Part shown: positions 1-9,691 of the stretch, in pieces
Layout: the number at the start of each line of letters is the position of its first letter
Numbering within the stretch: the first letter of the stretch is position 1
Assembly (NCBI GenBank): GCA_027488835.1
Contig: JAIYAW010000001.1
Location: 236,254 to 300,253 of the forward strand
DNA: 64,000 nt
From: Bacteroidota bacterium
GTDB lineage: Bacteria > Bacteroidota > Bacteroidia > NS11-12g > UBA955
Reading direction: 5' to 3'
Made by a program: the position numbers and the translations under genes
Notes under the pieces: generated by a model
Told to the model about the DNA's origin: nothing
What the model saw: the letters and a program-made list of their open reading frames with translations, nothing else
Databases searched by the model: none

Positions 1-933
1 ATCACTGAACTGTTTGATATTCAATTTCCAATAATTCAAGGTGGAATGATTTGGTGTAGTGGATGGGAACTTGCATCTGCGGTTAGCAATGCCGGTGGAT
101 TGGGATTAATTGGCAGTGGTAGTATGTATCCTGAAATTTTGAGGGACCATATACAAAAGTGCAAAAATGCCACATCAAATCCTTTCGGTGTGAACGTGCC
201 TTTGCTATATCCAGATATTGAAAAGCATTTAGAGATTATCGTAGAAGAGGGTGTAAAAATTGTTTTTACTTCGGCTGGTAATCCTGCAAAATATACTTCT
301 TGGCTTAAAAGTCATGGCATCACGGTGGTACACGTTGTAGCAAATTTGAAGTTTGCTAAAAAATGTGAAGAAGCGGGTGTGGATGCAATTGTTGCCGAAG
401 GATTTGAAGCCGGTGGTCATAATGGAAGAGAAGAAACAACAACAATGTGTTTGATTCCTTTAATAAAGTCCAATTGTACGTTGCCTTTAATTGCGGCTGG
501 TGGAATTGGATCTGGAGAGGCAATGGCCGCGGCATTGTGTTTAGGAGCAGAAGCAGTTCAGGTAGGCAGCAAATTTGCTGCAACCTATGAAAGCAGCGCA
601 CATATATCCTTCAAAAATGAAATTTTGAATGCGGGTGATGGAGCAACTGAGTTGACTTTAAAAGAAATTACTCCTGTAAGATTGCTTAAAAATGAATTTT
701 ACAATGAAGTGCAACGCGCTTACTCAAACAATGCAACCAAAGAAGAATTAACCCAACTTTTGGGAAGGGGAAGAGCAAAAAAAGGAATGTTTGAAGGTGA
801 TTTGGTTCATGGTGAATTAGAAATTGGTCAAGTAAGTGCCTGTATTGTTGGGATTGTTTCAGCCAAGGAGGTCGTTGATGAATTGATGACCAATTGCATT
901 TCAACACTTAAGGCAACTTCATTATTTTTTTAA
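1..933 (+). CDS. Nitronate monooxygenase / NAD(P)H-dependent flavin oxidoreductase (NMO, FabK-like), 5' partial
   Basis: Frame 1 is open from base 1 (ITELFDIQFPIIQGGM...), so the gene starts upstream of the window. It carries the FPIIQGGM FMN-binding N-terminal motif and a GGIGSG glycine-rich loop typical of the 2-nitropropane dioxygenase family. Confidence 0.75.
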   Translation: MTELFDIQFPIIQGGMIWCSGWELASAVSNAGGLGLIGSGSMYPEILRDHIQKCKNATSNPFGVNVPLLYPDIEKHLEIIVEEGVKIVFTSAGNPAKYTSWLKSHGITVVHVVANLKFAKKCEEAGVDAIVAEGFEAGGHNGREETTTMCLIPLIKSNCTLPLIAAGGIGSGEAMAAALCLGAEAVQVGSKFAATYESSAHISFKNEILNAGDGATELTLKEITPVRLLKNEFYNEVQRAYSNNATKEELTQLLGRGRAKKGMFEGDLVHGELEIGQVSACIVGIVSAKEVVDELMTNCISTLKATSLFF

Positions 934-983
934 CTTGAATTCATTCATTTTTAAACCAAATACAGTAAATTAAGCGAGGTAAA

Positions 984-1538
984 ATGGAATTATCAAATGT
1001 GGAAAATGGGAAATGGAAAGTAATTTATACTTCTAGTCGCCAAGAGAAAAAAGTTGCAGTATATCTAGAGAAATTCGGAATACAAAACTATTTACCACTT
1101 TATAAAAGTTTAAGATTTTGGAAAGACCGAAAAAAATGGGTTGAAATGCCCCTTTTTAATGGTTATGTTTTTGTACGACCTACAGAAATTCAAAGAGACA
1201 AAGTGTTACAAATTCCTGGTGTTGTTAAGTTTCTACGATACAATAGCGATGATGCATTAATACCTGAACGACAAATTAGCCTAATCAAAGAACTCATTGA
1301 ATTTGGGTATACTGTAAGTGAATATTCAGATCGCGAAATCTTAGAATCTGGCGATGTAGCCGAAATTTTGGGTGGCCCTTTGAAAGGACGGGAAGCAGAA
1401 ATTATGAAAATTGGCGATGATTCATTTATTTTAGTAAGCATTGAAGCGATGAATCAAAGTGTGATGGTAAAATTGCCAAAAGAAATACTTAAGTTGCGTA
1501 AGAAGAAAGCAACAGAAGAATTCAAACCGTTATGGTAG
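984..1538 (+). CDS. UpxY-family (NusG-like) transcription antiterminator
   Basis: 184 aa with an NGN-like N-terminus (WKVIYTSSRQEKKVAVYLEKFGIQNYLPLY...LFNGYVFVR) and a C-terminal KOW-like stretch (GDVAEILGGPLKGREAEIMKI). The size and architecture match Bacteroidetes UpxY/NusG paralogues. Confidence 0.7.
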   Translation: MELSNVENGKWKVIYTSSRQEKKVAVYLEKFGIQNYLPLYKSLRFWKDRKKWVEMPLFNGYVFVRPTEIQRDKVLQIPGVVKFLRYNSDDALIPERQISLIKELIEFGYTVSEYSDREILESGDVAEILGGPLKGREAEIMKIGDDSFILVSIEAMNQSVMVKLPKEILKLRKKKATEEFKPLW

Positions 1539-2164
1539 GAGAGAAAATATTATTGTTATCGCCACATACTGACGATGGTGAACTGGGTTGTGGTGCCACA
1601 ATTTCTAAACTTATTCGCCAAGGCAAACAGGTTTTTTATGCAGCTTTTAGTGCATGCGAACAAAGTGTTCTACCGAATTTCCCTAAAGATATTTTAATTA
1701 GTGAAGTGAAATCTGCCACTGCTACTTTGGGAATTCCAGCCGAAAACTTGAAATTATTTCGATACGATGTAAGAACTTTTAATTATCACCGTCAAGCAAT
1801 TTTAGATGATTTAATTAAATTGAGGGAAACTATCCAGCCGGATACTGTTTTAATTCCGAGTATCAATGACATTCACCAAGACCATAAAACAATGGCAGAA
1901 GAGGCATTGCGTGCCTTTAAGTTTATGAATATTTTCTCTTACGAATTGCCTTGGAATAATTTAAATTTCAATACATGTGCTTTTGAAGTAGTATCTGAAG
2001 ATGATGCACAATGCAAGGTAAATGCTTTAGCGCAGTATAAAAGCCAAGCGCATCGCCCCTATGCCAATGAAGAATTTTTAAGGTCACAATTGCGCATGCG
2101 CGGAGTGCAAGTTGCCCAACGCTATGCTGAGGTGTTCGAAGTTGTTCGTTTGGTAATGAATTAA
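1532..2164 (+). CDS. PIG-L/LmbE family deacetylase (BshB-like)
   Basis: LLLSPHTDDGELGCG and HQDH motifs are characteristic of the PIG-L/LmbE zinc deacetylase fold. The gene overlaps the upstream UpxY-like gene by 7 nt. Confidence 0.7.
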   Translation: MVGEKILLLSPHTDDGELGCGATISKLIRQGKQVFYAAFSACEQSVLPNFPKDILISEVKSATATLGIPAENLKLFRYDVRTFNYHRQAILDDLIKLRETIQPDTVLIPSINDIHQDHKTMAEEALRAFKFMNIFSYELPWNNLNFNTCAFEVVSEDDAQCKVNALAQYKSQAHRPYANEEFLRSQLRMRGVQVAQRYAEVFEVVRLVMN

Positions 2165-2215
2165 TTTCATTCAATCTTTTTCGTTAGTTAATTTTTAATA
2201 CTAAATTCGCCCACA

Positions 2216-3535
2216 ATGGTAATATCTCAAATTGTATTTGCCCTATTCCTAGCTACTGGAATTTATTTTTTTGCAGGAAGTGTTGGTGTTATTCGCCGTA
2301 ATATTTTATTAGGAAAAGACATAGATATCAGTGACAATCCTGCAGCCCGTTGGAAACAATTATTTTGGGTTGCAATGGGTCAAAGCAAAATGGTAAAAAG
2401 ACCGGTTGCTGGCTTTTTTCATATTTTGATTTATTTGGGATTTGTGCTTATAAATATTGAGGTTTTGGAAATCATGATTGATGGTTTATTTGGAACCCAT
2501 CGATTTTTTGCCCATTACATAGGAAATATTTATGATGTTGCCATTGGATTCTTTGAAATATTGGCTTTCGGTGTTATTTTGGCTTGTATAGTGTTTTTGT
2601 TACGTAGATACGTTGCCAAAACTCCTCGGTTACAAATGCCGGAATTAAAAGGATGGCCAATGAAGGATGCCGCAATTATTTTAGTGGTTGAAATTATTTT
2701 GATGGGAGCTTTGCTACAAATGAATGCGGCAGAGCAAGTTTTGCAACACAGAGGAGTAATGTCCGAGCATGGAAGTTTTCCAATTAGTCATTTTCTAGTT
2801 CCATTTTTTGAGGGATTTTCTGACGGTTCTTTGGTGTTTTTGGAAAGAACTGCATGGTGGTTCCATTTTGTGGGAATATTGGTGTTTTTAAATTATGTGC
2901 CTTTCAGTAAGCATTGGCATATCATCATGAGCTTTCCAAATGTTTATTATAGTTCATTGCAACCCAAAGGCCAATTCACAAACATGGCTTCAGTTACCAC
3001 TGAGGTTAAGTTAATGATGGATCCTTCGGCGCAGCCGCCAGAGGGCTATGAAGCCCCATTGGGATTTGGTGCCAAAGACGTTCAAGATTTAACTTGGAAG
3101 AATTTGATGGATGCTTATTCCTGCACAGAATGCGGGAGATGCAGCAGCGTTTGCCCTGCAAACATTACCGGTAAATTGTTGAGTCCGAGAAAAATCATGA
3201 TGGATACTCGCGATCGATTAGAAGAAGTGGGTAAAGCAATGGATGCAGCTAAAAAAGCGGGTACGCCTATTGATGGAAGAGTTGATGATGGCAAAGATTT
3301 GCATTCTTACATTTCGGCCGAAGAGCTATGGGCGTGCACAACTTGCAATGCCTGTGCCGAAGCTTGTCCTGTAAATATCAATCCTGTTGATATCATTTAT
3401 CAGTTGCGCCAATACAAAGTAATGGAGCAAAGTGCAGCGCCTTCAGAATTAAATGGAATGTTCACCAATATGGAGAACAATGGTGCACCATGGCAATTTA
3501 ATCAAAACGATAAGGGAAATTGGGCCAATAGTTAA
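2216..3535 (+). CDS. Membrane-anchored (Fe-S)-binding protein with a 4Fe-4S dicluster domain
   Basis: Hydrophobic N-terminal half, then two ferredoxin-type CxxCxxCxxxCP motifs (CTECGRCSSVCPA and CTTCNACAEACPV). There is no CCG domain within the ORF. Confidence 0.6.
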   Translation: MVISQIVFALFLATGIYFFAGSVGVIRRNILLGKDIDISDNPAARWKQLFWVAMGQSKMVKRPVAGFFHILIYLGFVLINIEVLEIMIDGLFGTHRFFAHYIGNIYDVAIGFFEILAFGVILACIVFLLRRYVAKTPRLQMPELKGWPMKDAAIILVVEIILMGALLQMNAAEQVLQHRGVMSEHGSFPISHFLVPFFEGFSDGSLVFLERTAWWFHFVGILVFLNYVPFSKHWHIIMSFPNVYYSSLQPKGQFTNMASVTTEVKLMMDPSAQPPEGYEAPLGFGAKDVQDLTWKNLMDAYSCTECGRCSSVCPANITGKLLSPRKIMMDTRDRLEEVGKAMDAAKKAGTPIDGRVDDGKDLHSYISAEELWACTTCNACAEACPVNINPVDIIYQLRQYKVMEQSAAPSELNGMFTNMENNGAPWQFNQNDKGNWANS

Positions 3536-3605
3536 TCGTCTTTTTACGGAATTCCGTAAAATCTGCAATTATTAACTGATATTTCTTTATTATCTTTGAG
3601 GTCTC

Positions 3606-3827
3606 ATGAGCAGTTTATTAAATACTATGTTAATTTTAGGTATGGGTACTGGCGAAATCGTTGTTGTAGCCTTGATCTTATTATTGTTGTTTGGTGGTAA
3701 AAAGATTCCAGAACTAATGCGTGGCCTTGGCCGTGGAGTTCGTGAATTTAATGACGCGAAATCAGGCATTAAGAATGAGATTCAAAAAGGAATGAACGAA
3801 GAGAAAAACCCAGATTCTAACAATTGA
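3606..3827 (+). CDS. tatA: Twin-arginine translocase subunit TatA/E
   Basis: Single TM helix followed by a KKIPEL...GVREF amphipathic segment. The true start may be the internal ATG at 3642 (MGTGEIVVV...). Confidence 0.8.
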   Translation: MSSLLNTMLILGMGTGEIVVVALILLLLFGGKKIPELMRGLGRGVREFNDAKSGIKNEIQKGMNEEKNPDSNN

Positions 3828-5248
3828 AAACATACAATCGCATTTCCGAAGTTCGGTCAGACTTAAATTCGGGTGCGGTTTCATGTGTCCAACTTGTGAA
3901 TCAATATCTTCAAACCATTGAAGATAAAAAGCATCTTAATGCTTTTTTAGAAGTGTGGGCCGATGAAGCTTTGTCACGTGCAACTTTGATCGATGAAAAG
4001 ATAAAGCTAGGTACCGCTGGTCGCTTGGCTGGTGTTGTTATTGCACTAAAAGACGTACTCGCTTATAAAAACCACAAGGTAGGATCTTCTTCAAAAATTT
4101 TGGAGGGATTTGAGTCTTTGTATTCTGCAACCGTTGTTCAACGACTATTTGACGAAGATGCCATTTTTATTGGCAGAACAAATTGTGATGAATTTGCAAT
4201 GGGTGCTTCAAATGAAAATAGTGCTTATGGTCCCGTAAAAAATGCAGCCGATGAAAGTCGTGTTCCCGGAGGTTCTTCAGGAGGAAGCGCTGTTGCGGTA
4301 CAAGCAAATATGTGTCACTGTGCTTTGGGTACAGATACGGGGGGGTCTATTCGCCAACCAAGTGCTTTTACAGGTACATTTGGATTTAAACCAACATACG
4401 GTTTGATATCTCGTTATGGATTGTTGGCATACGCTTCGAGTTTTGATCAAATTGGACCAATGACAAAAAGTTTGGAAGACAATATGCTTCTGACTGAAAT
4501 CATGGCGGGATTTGATGAGCACGACGCAACCATGCGTCAGCAATCTGCCGATAAATATACTGCAGCTGTGGCTCCTAAAAAGGCCAAATTTGCAGTCATG
4601 AATGAAGCAATTCATCATCAAGGGGTTGCTGAAGAGGTGAAATCATCCTTCAAAATATTAATTCAAAAGTTAGAGAGTGCGGGCCATGAAATTACCTATT
4701 TCGATTTCCCACTTTTGGAACAATTGGTGCCCGCTTACTACGTGTTAACCACCGCAGAAGCAAGTAGCAATTTGTCGCGATACACAGGAATGTTTTATGG
4801 TAAACGAAGTGAAAATGCCCATGATTTAGAGTCTACTTATACCTTGAGCAGAACCGAAGGTTTTGGCCCAGAAGTAAAGCGAAGAATCATGTTGGGTACT
4901 TTTGTTTTGTCAAGCGATCATTACGATGCTTATTACAGCAAAGCTCAAAAAGTGAGGCGTGTAATTCAAAATCAGACGAATGCAGTTTTGGAAAATGTAG
5001 ATGCAATTTTGATTCCAACTACAAGCACACCTGCATTTAAGTTGGGAGAAAAAAGCAAAGATCCAATTGCCATGTATTTGGCGGATTTATTTACAGTTCA
5101 GGCAAATTTGGCCGGAAATCCTGCAATTTCTCTTCCATTATTTGAAACCGAAGCTGGTTTGCCAATGGGCATTCAATTGATGGGTAAATCTTTTAGAGAG
5201 CAAGATTTGTTTAATTTGTCGCAATTATTGATTGAAACGTGCAATTAA
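3824..5248 (+). CDS. gatA: Asp-tRNA(Asn)/Glu-tRNA(Gln) amidotransferase subunit A (amidase signature)
   Basis: Amidase signature GGSSGGSAVAV...GTDTGGSIRQPSAF. The track start is TTG, overlapping the tatA stop (TTGA). There is no in-frame ATG near the conserved N-terminus. Confidence 0.85.
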   Translation: MKTYNRISEVRSDLNSGAVSCVQLVNQYLQTIEDKKHLNAFLEVWADEALSRATLIDEKIKLGTAGRLAGVVIALKDVLAYKNHKVGSSSKILEGFESLYSATVVQRLFDEDAIFIGRTNCDEFAMGASNENSAYGPVKNAADESRVPGGSSGGSAVAVQANMCHCALGTDTGGSIRQPSAFTGTFGFKPTYGLISRYGLLAYASSFDQIGPMTKSLEDNMLLTEIMAGFDEHDATMRQQSADKYTAAVAPKKAKFAVMNEAIHHQGVAEEVKSSFKILIQKLESAGHEITYFDFPLLEQLVPAYYVLTTAEASSNLSRYTGMFYGKRSENAHDLESTYTLSRTEGFGPEVKRRIMLGTFVLSSDHYDAYYSKAQKVRRVIQNQTNAVLENVDAILIPTTSTPAFKLGEKSKDPIAMYLADLFTVQANLAGNPAISLPLFETEAGLPMGIQLMGKSFREQDLFNLSQLLIETCN

Positions 5249-6498
5249 TGAAACAAGGATTTAAGATTTTATTATTGGCTTCTCTTTTGTGGAGTGCATT
5301 GGGCGCGCAATCTGTAAAAGTTGAAAAGGAAATTAAAAAATTAGAGGGTAGGGGTGTTCCTTATTTTTATAATCAAGAAATTGAACAAACAACCAAAGAT
5401 TGGTTGATGAATGAAAACGGTGGAACATCTATTGTTTTAGGTAGATACAAATACTACAGTACTCACATTGATGCAGTGCGAAGAAAATATGATTTGCCTT
5501 GGTTTGTTGCCATGATTCCTGCCGGAAATTCTGGTTTTGAAACGAGGTATAAAGATGAATCTGGATTTTCTGGGATGTGGCCATTGTCCTATTTAATAGC
5601 AAAAAAATATGGGTTGGTGCAAATGGCTTTATACGATGAACGCAGAGATCCAAATGCTGCCGATGTTGCTGCTTGCCGTTATTTAAAAGACTTGTATACC
5701 ATTTACGGCGATTGGCTTAAAGTAATTACCGCTTTTAAAATTGGGCCAGCCAGATTAAACCAAGTTATTCATAAGGCAGGGTCTTTAGATTTTAACAAAA
5801 TTTATTTGTTGTTAGAACCTTATGAAAGAATTCCAGTGATACAATTTTATTCAGCAATGGTTGCATTAAATTATTGCATTGAAGAAGGGGAGATAAAAGA
5901 AACTGAATTTAAACAAATTGTTTCAGATACAGTTTCTTCTGTTAGTCAAATATTGCCTTTTACGCTTATTCAAGAGCATTTTGATGTTTCAGTTAATGAT
6001 TTGAGGAATTTAAATCCATCATTGAAAACTGATTACGTTCCATTTATGGGCAAACCATTTGTTTTTAGAATGCCAAAAAATATTGTTTCTAAGTTCAATG
6101 CTAAAAAAGATTCAATCAATTATTGGTTAATAGTTAAGCCGGTGAAACCTATTGAATACGATACTATGGTTGAAGTTTTAGAAAACAACGATACTGTTAC
6201 AATTTTGAAGACATCTGAGGAACCCCATGATGTAGAAAGTACTGTAATTCCAAAACCTCTGGCAGATAGGAAAATTTGGGTTTATTACACAGTTAAAAAA
6301 GGAGATGGATTATTTACGTTGACAGATATTTTTGATTGCACCCCAACACAAATGCGCTCTTGGAATAGAATGAGAGGGAATGAATTGGCTTTGGGTCGTT
6401 CGCTGAAATTTTATGTGTATGCAAGCAAAAAGGCATTTTATACAAATTTGAATAGTTTAACCACTTTAGAAAAGCGAAATATTGCCGAACAGGATTAA
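5248..6498 (+). CDS. Lytic transglycosylase domain protein (MltD-like) with a C-terminal LysM
   Basis: Signal peptide, an SLT-type catalytic region (ESGFSGMWPLSY...) and a LysM-like C-terminus (YYTVKKGDGLFTLTDIF...). The ATG at 5248 overlaps the gatA stop (TAATG); the track start is GTG at 5239. Confidence 0.65.
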   Translation: MKQGFKILLLASLLWSALGAQSVKVEKEIKKLEGRGVPYFYNQEIEQTTKDWLMNENGGTSIVLGRYKYYSTHIDAVRRKYDLPWFVAMIPAGNSGFETRYKDESGFSGMWPLSYLIAKKYGLVQMALYDERRDPNAADVAACRYLKDLYTIYGDWLKVITAFKIGPARLNQVIHKAGSLDFNKIYLLLEPYERIPVIQFYSAMVALNYCIEEGEIKETEFKQIVSDTVSSVSQILPFTLIQEHFDVSVNDLRNLNPSLKTDYVPFMGKPFVFRMPKNIVSKFNAKKDSINYWLIVKPVKPIEYDTMVEVLENNDTVTILKTSEEPHDVESTVIPKPLADRKIWVYYTVKKGDGLFTLTDIFDCTPTQMRSWNRMRGNELALGRSLKFYVYASKKAFYTNLNSLTTLEKRNIAEQD

Positions 6499-8798
6499 TG
6501 AAAAAGTTTGTTTTTTTTATCTTTGTTTTTTTCTGTTTTTTTGGTTTAAAAGGTCAGAATTTAGACAATAAAAAATCCAAACCACTTGAAGTGCATTTTA
6601 TTCAAGAGCAAATTAAAGTAGATGGTGTTTTAAATGAAACTATTTGGAATAGCCTGAAAACAAGAACGGGTAACCATCGTTTTATACAGCATTACCCATA
6701 CGATACCTCTGAATCACAAACTCAAACAAATTTTGAATTGGCATACGATGATAAATTTATTTACGCTGCTTTCATCTGTGAGAATAAAAATAGCCATAAA
6801 CCATTTGTAGTTCAGAGTTTAAAGCGAGATTTCAGCGTAATGACGAACGATGCAGTCATTCTAACTATTTCTCCATTTTTAGATGGCCAGAATGGATTTT
6901 CTTTTGGTGTTACTCCACATAATGCCCAAAGAGAAGGAGCCATCGAGAACGGTGGAACCATGGGAGTAACAACTGCATGGGACCAAGTTTGGTTCAGTGA
7001 AACAAGTATTTCTGATAGTTTTTGGATTGCCGAAATGGCCATTCCTTTTTCGAGTATCAGGTTCACAACTGGCTCAAAAGTTTGGAGCTTTAATGTTTCT
7101 AGAATCGATTACAGGAACAATGAAATTAGCAGTTATGTGCGTGTTCCAAGAAATTTCAATATCAGTTCCTTGGTATTCGCAGATTCTTTGATTTGGAATA
7201 AACCATTGCAGGTAAAAACGAAGAAGTTTGTACTTATTCCATACGTTAGTGGTAACTTTCTTTCTACTGGACCCGGCGCTAAATTTGTAAATTCACCTAA
7301 AATGGGAATTGATGCAAAAATTGGCTTAACATCGAGCTTGAATTTGGATATAACCGTGAATCCCGACTTTGCAAACGTGGATGTTGATGTTCAGCAATTA
7401 AATCTAACAAGGTATAGTCTATATTTTCCTGAACGCCGACAGTTCTTTATTGAGAACAGTGACTTGTTTGCCAACTTTGGTTTTCGTCAAATTCGCCCTT
7501 TCTTTTCCAGAAGGATTGGATTGAATGATCAATACGATGGCAATATTCCAATCTTGTATGGATTGCGCATTTCTGGAAAATATGGAAATGGATTGAGACT
7601 TGGTGCAATGAACTTAACCACCGATGAGGTTGTTGGTAAAAATAATAAACTTATTAATCGTTCCAATTACACCGTCTTAGCATTTCAAAAGAAGGTGTTT
7701 CATTCTTCAAATATTGGAATGATTTTCGTAAATGATGTTGTTCTAGGAAGGAAATTTGCCGATTCTGGCTTACTAAGTCAGAAGTCAGATTACAACAGCA
7801 TTTTGGGATTAGAGTATAATTTACTTACAAAGGGCAACACTTGGACAGGTAAAGCTTTTGTTATGAAATCTTTTTACCCAGGGCTTTCGAATGCTATGGG
7901 TTATTCACACGCAACTTGGTTTCTTCGCAAAACACTAAATTGGATGTTCATGTGGAATCATGAATATGTGAGTAAACATTTTAAAGCCAGGAGTGGATTT
8001 GTTCCTAGGGTTGATAATTATGATCCTTCAACCAATAAAGTTAAAAAACTTGATTATTGGCGATTGGAACCGGAATTAAAGTATACCTATTATCCGAGTA
8101 AAAATAGTACACTCAATAATATTTCTGTGATGGCATATAATTCAAGTTATTATGATAGTATGCTTGTTCCAACAGAATCAAATTCAGAAATAGGTTTTGA
8201 TTTTAATTTTCAAAATAGTGCGATAATCCATACGAGTATAGATCATGAATATTATCGATTGTTCTTACCTTTTGCACCGGTAGATTTGCCGGGTGGCGGT
8301 TATTTTACAGGACAGTTTAATTGGTTTAACTGGCATACAGAGTTTACAACAAACAGCAGAAAGCCAATCACAGCATCCGTTGAATTTACAACTGGAAAAT
8401 ATTTCATTGGTTATAAAAATGAATTTAATGCCACATTAAATTACCGTGTTCCGGGACTTGGGAAAAAGAAATTACCCAAATGGTATATTTCTTCGAATTT
8501 CCAAAGAATTAGAATTGATTTGAGGGACAGTGGTTTGTATAATATAGATTTGGTTGGATTAAAAATTGAGCACAGCTTAAATACCACAATGTATATAACT
8601 GGTTATTGGCAATTGAATGCTCAAAAAGAGCTAATGAATATGAACTTAAGATTCCAATGGCGTTATAGACCAATGAGTGATATTTTTATCGTGTTCTCTC
8701 AAAATTGGAAGCAATATGCATTGACGCCAAATGCGCTCACCGAGTCTTGGATGGCTCAGGGTAAAAGCATTGCAGCAAAACTGGTTTATTGGTTTTAA
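6498..8798 (+). CDS. DUF5916 / carbohydrate-binding-family-9-like domain protein (secreted)
   Basis: Signal peptide, CBM9-like N-terminus, then a large beta-rich region. The start overlaps the upstream stop (TAATG). Confidence 0.5.
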   Translation: MKKFVFFIFVFFCFFGLKGQNLDNKKSKPLEVHFIQEQIKVDGVLNETIWNSLKTRTGNHRFIQHYPYDTSESQTQTNFELAYDDKFIYAAFICENKNSHKPFVVQSLKRDFSVMTNDAVILTISPFLDGQNGFSFGVTPHNAQREGAIENGGTMGVTTAWDQVWFSETSISDSFWIAEMAIPFSSIRFTTGSKVWSFNVSRIDYRNNEISSYVRVPRNFNISSLVFADSLIWNKPLQVKTKKFVLIPYVSGNFLSTGPGAKFVNSPKMGIDAKIGLTSSLNLDITVNPDFANVDVDVQQLNLTRYSLYFPERRQFFIENSDLFANFGFRQIRPFFSRRIGLNDQYDGNIPILYGLRISGKYGNGLRLGAMNLTTDEVVGKNNKLINRSNYTVLAFQKKVFHSSNIGMIFVNDVVLGRKFADSGLLSQKSDYNSILGLEYNLLTKGNTWTGKAFVMKSFYPGLSNAMGYSHATWFLRKTLNWMFMWNHEYVSKHFKARSGFVPRVDNYDPSTNKVKKLDYWRLEPELKYTYYPSKNSTLNNISVMAYNSSYYDSMLVPTESNSEIGFDFNFQNSAIIHTSIDHEYYRLFLPFAPVDLPGGGYFTGQFNWFNWHTEFTTNSRKPITASVEFTTGKYFIGYKNEFNATLNYRVPGLGKKKLPKWYISSNFQRIRIDLRDSGLYNIDLVGLKIEHSLNTTMYITGYWQLNAQKELMNMNLRFQWRYRPMSDIFIVFSQNWKQYALTPNALTESWMAQGKSIAAKLVYWF

Positions 8799-8869
8799 TT
8801 ATCGAAAAATTTTACCATTAAACGATTCTCTCTAGAATCTTCAGTTTTTTTCTTCAAATTTGAATTTAT

Positions 8870-9670
8870 ATGATAAGCAATCACGAAATTGATTATTACA
8901 TACACGGTGAAGAAATGCAGTGTGTAGAAATTGAGTTAGATCCTCAAGAGACGGTAATTGCCGAAAGCGGCAGTTTCATGTTCATGGACAATGGAATTGA
9001 AATGCAAACGATTTTTGGAGATGGAAGCCAACAAAATTCAGGTGGTTTTTTCGACAAATTGATGGGTGCTGGAAAGAGATTGCTTGTGGGTGAAAGTTTA
9101 TTTATGACTGCATTTACAAATACCGGTTACAATAAACAGAAAGTTGCCTTTGCAGCGCCTTATGCAGGTAAAATTGTGGCTCTTGATTTATCACGTTTGG
9201 GTAATAGAATCATTTGCCAAAAAGATGCTTTTTTGTGTGCTGCTAAGGGAGTAAGTGTGGGTATCGAATTTCAACGTAAACTTGGAACTGGTTTATTCGG
9301 TGGTGAAGGTTTTATCATGGAAAAACTCGAAGGTGATGGAATGGCCTTTGTACACGCTGGAGGGTTTATTTTAGAAAGAGATTTAGCTCCAGGCGAACAA
9401 TTGAAAGTGGATACAGGTTGCATTGTTGCGTTTACATCTAATGTAAATTACGACATTCAAATGGTAAAAGGCATAAAGAATGCAATTTTTGGTGGTGAAG
9501 GTTTGTTTTATGCAACACTTTCAGGGCCAGGAAAAGTTTGGTTACAAAGTTTACCGGTGAGTCGTTTGGCGAGCAGAATATTGAGTTACGGCCAACCTAC
9601 GGGTGGCAGAAAAGAAGAAGGAAGTATTCTTGGTGGACTCGGAAATATGTTTGATGGAGATGGATTTTAA
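8870..9670 (+). CDS. AIM24 / TIGR00266 family protein
   Basis: 266 aa with a glycine-rich C-terminus. The overall pattern resembles the TIGR00266 family. Confidence 0.5.
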   Translation: MISNHEIDYYIHGEEMQCVEIELDPQETVIAESGSFMFMDNGIEMQTIFGDGSQQNSGGFFDKLMGAGKRLLVGESLFMTAFTNTGYNKQKVAFAAPYAGKIVALDLSRLGNRIICQKDAFLCAAKGVSVGIEFQRKLGTGLFGGEGFIMEKLEGDGMAFVHAGGFILERDLAPGEQLKVDTGCIVAFTSNVNYDIQMVKGIKNAIFGGEGLFYATLSGPGKVWLQSLPVSRLASRILSYGQPTGGRKEEGSILGGLGNMFDGDGF

Positions 9671-9691
9671 TCCAACTCCATCAAATTCACA

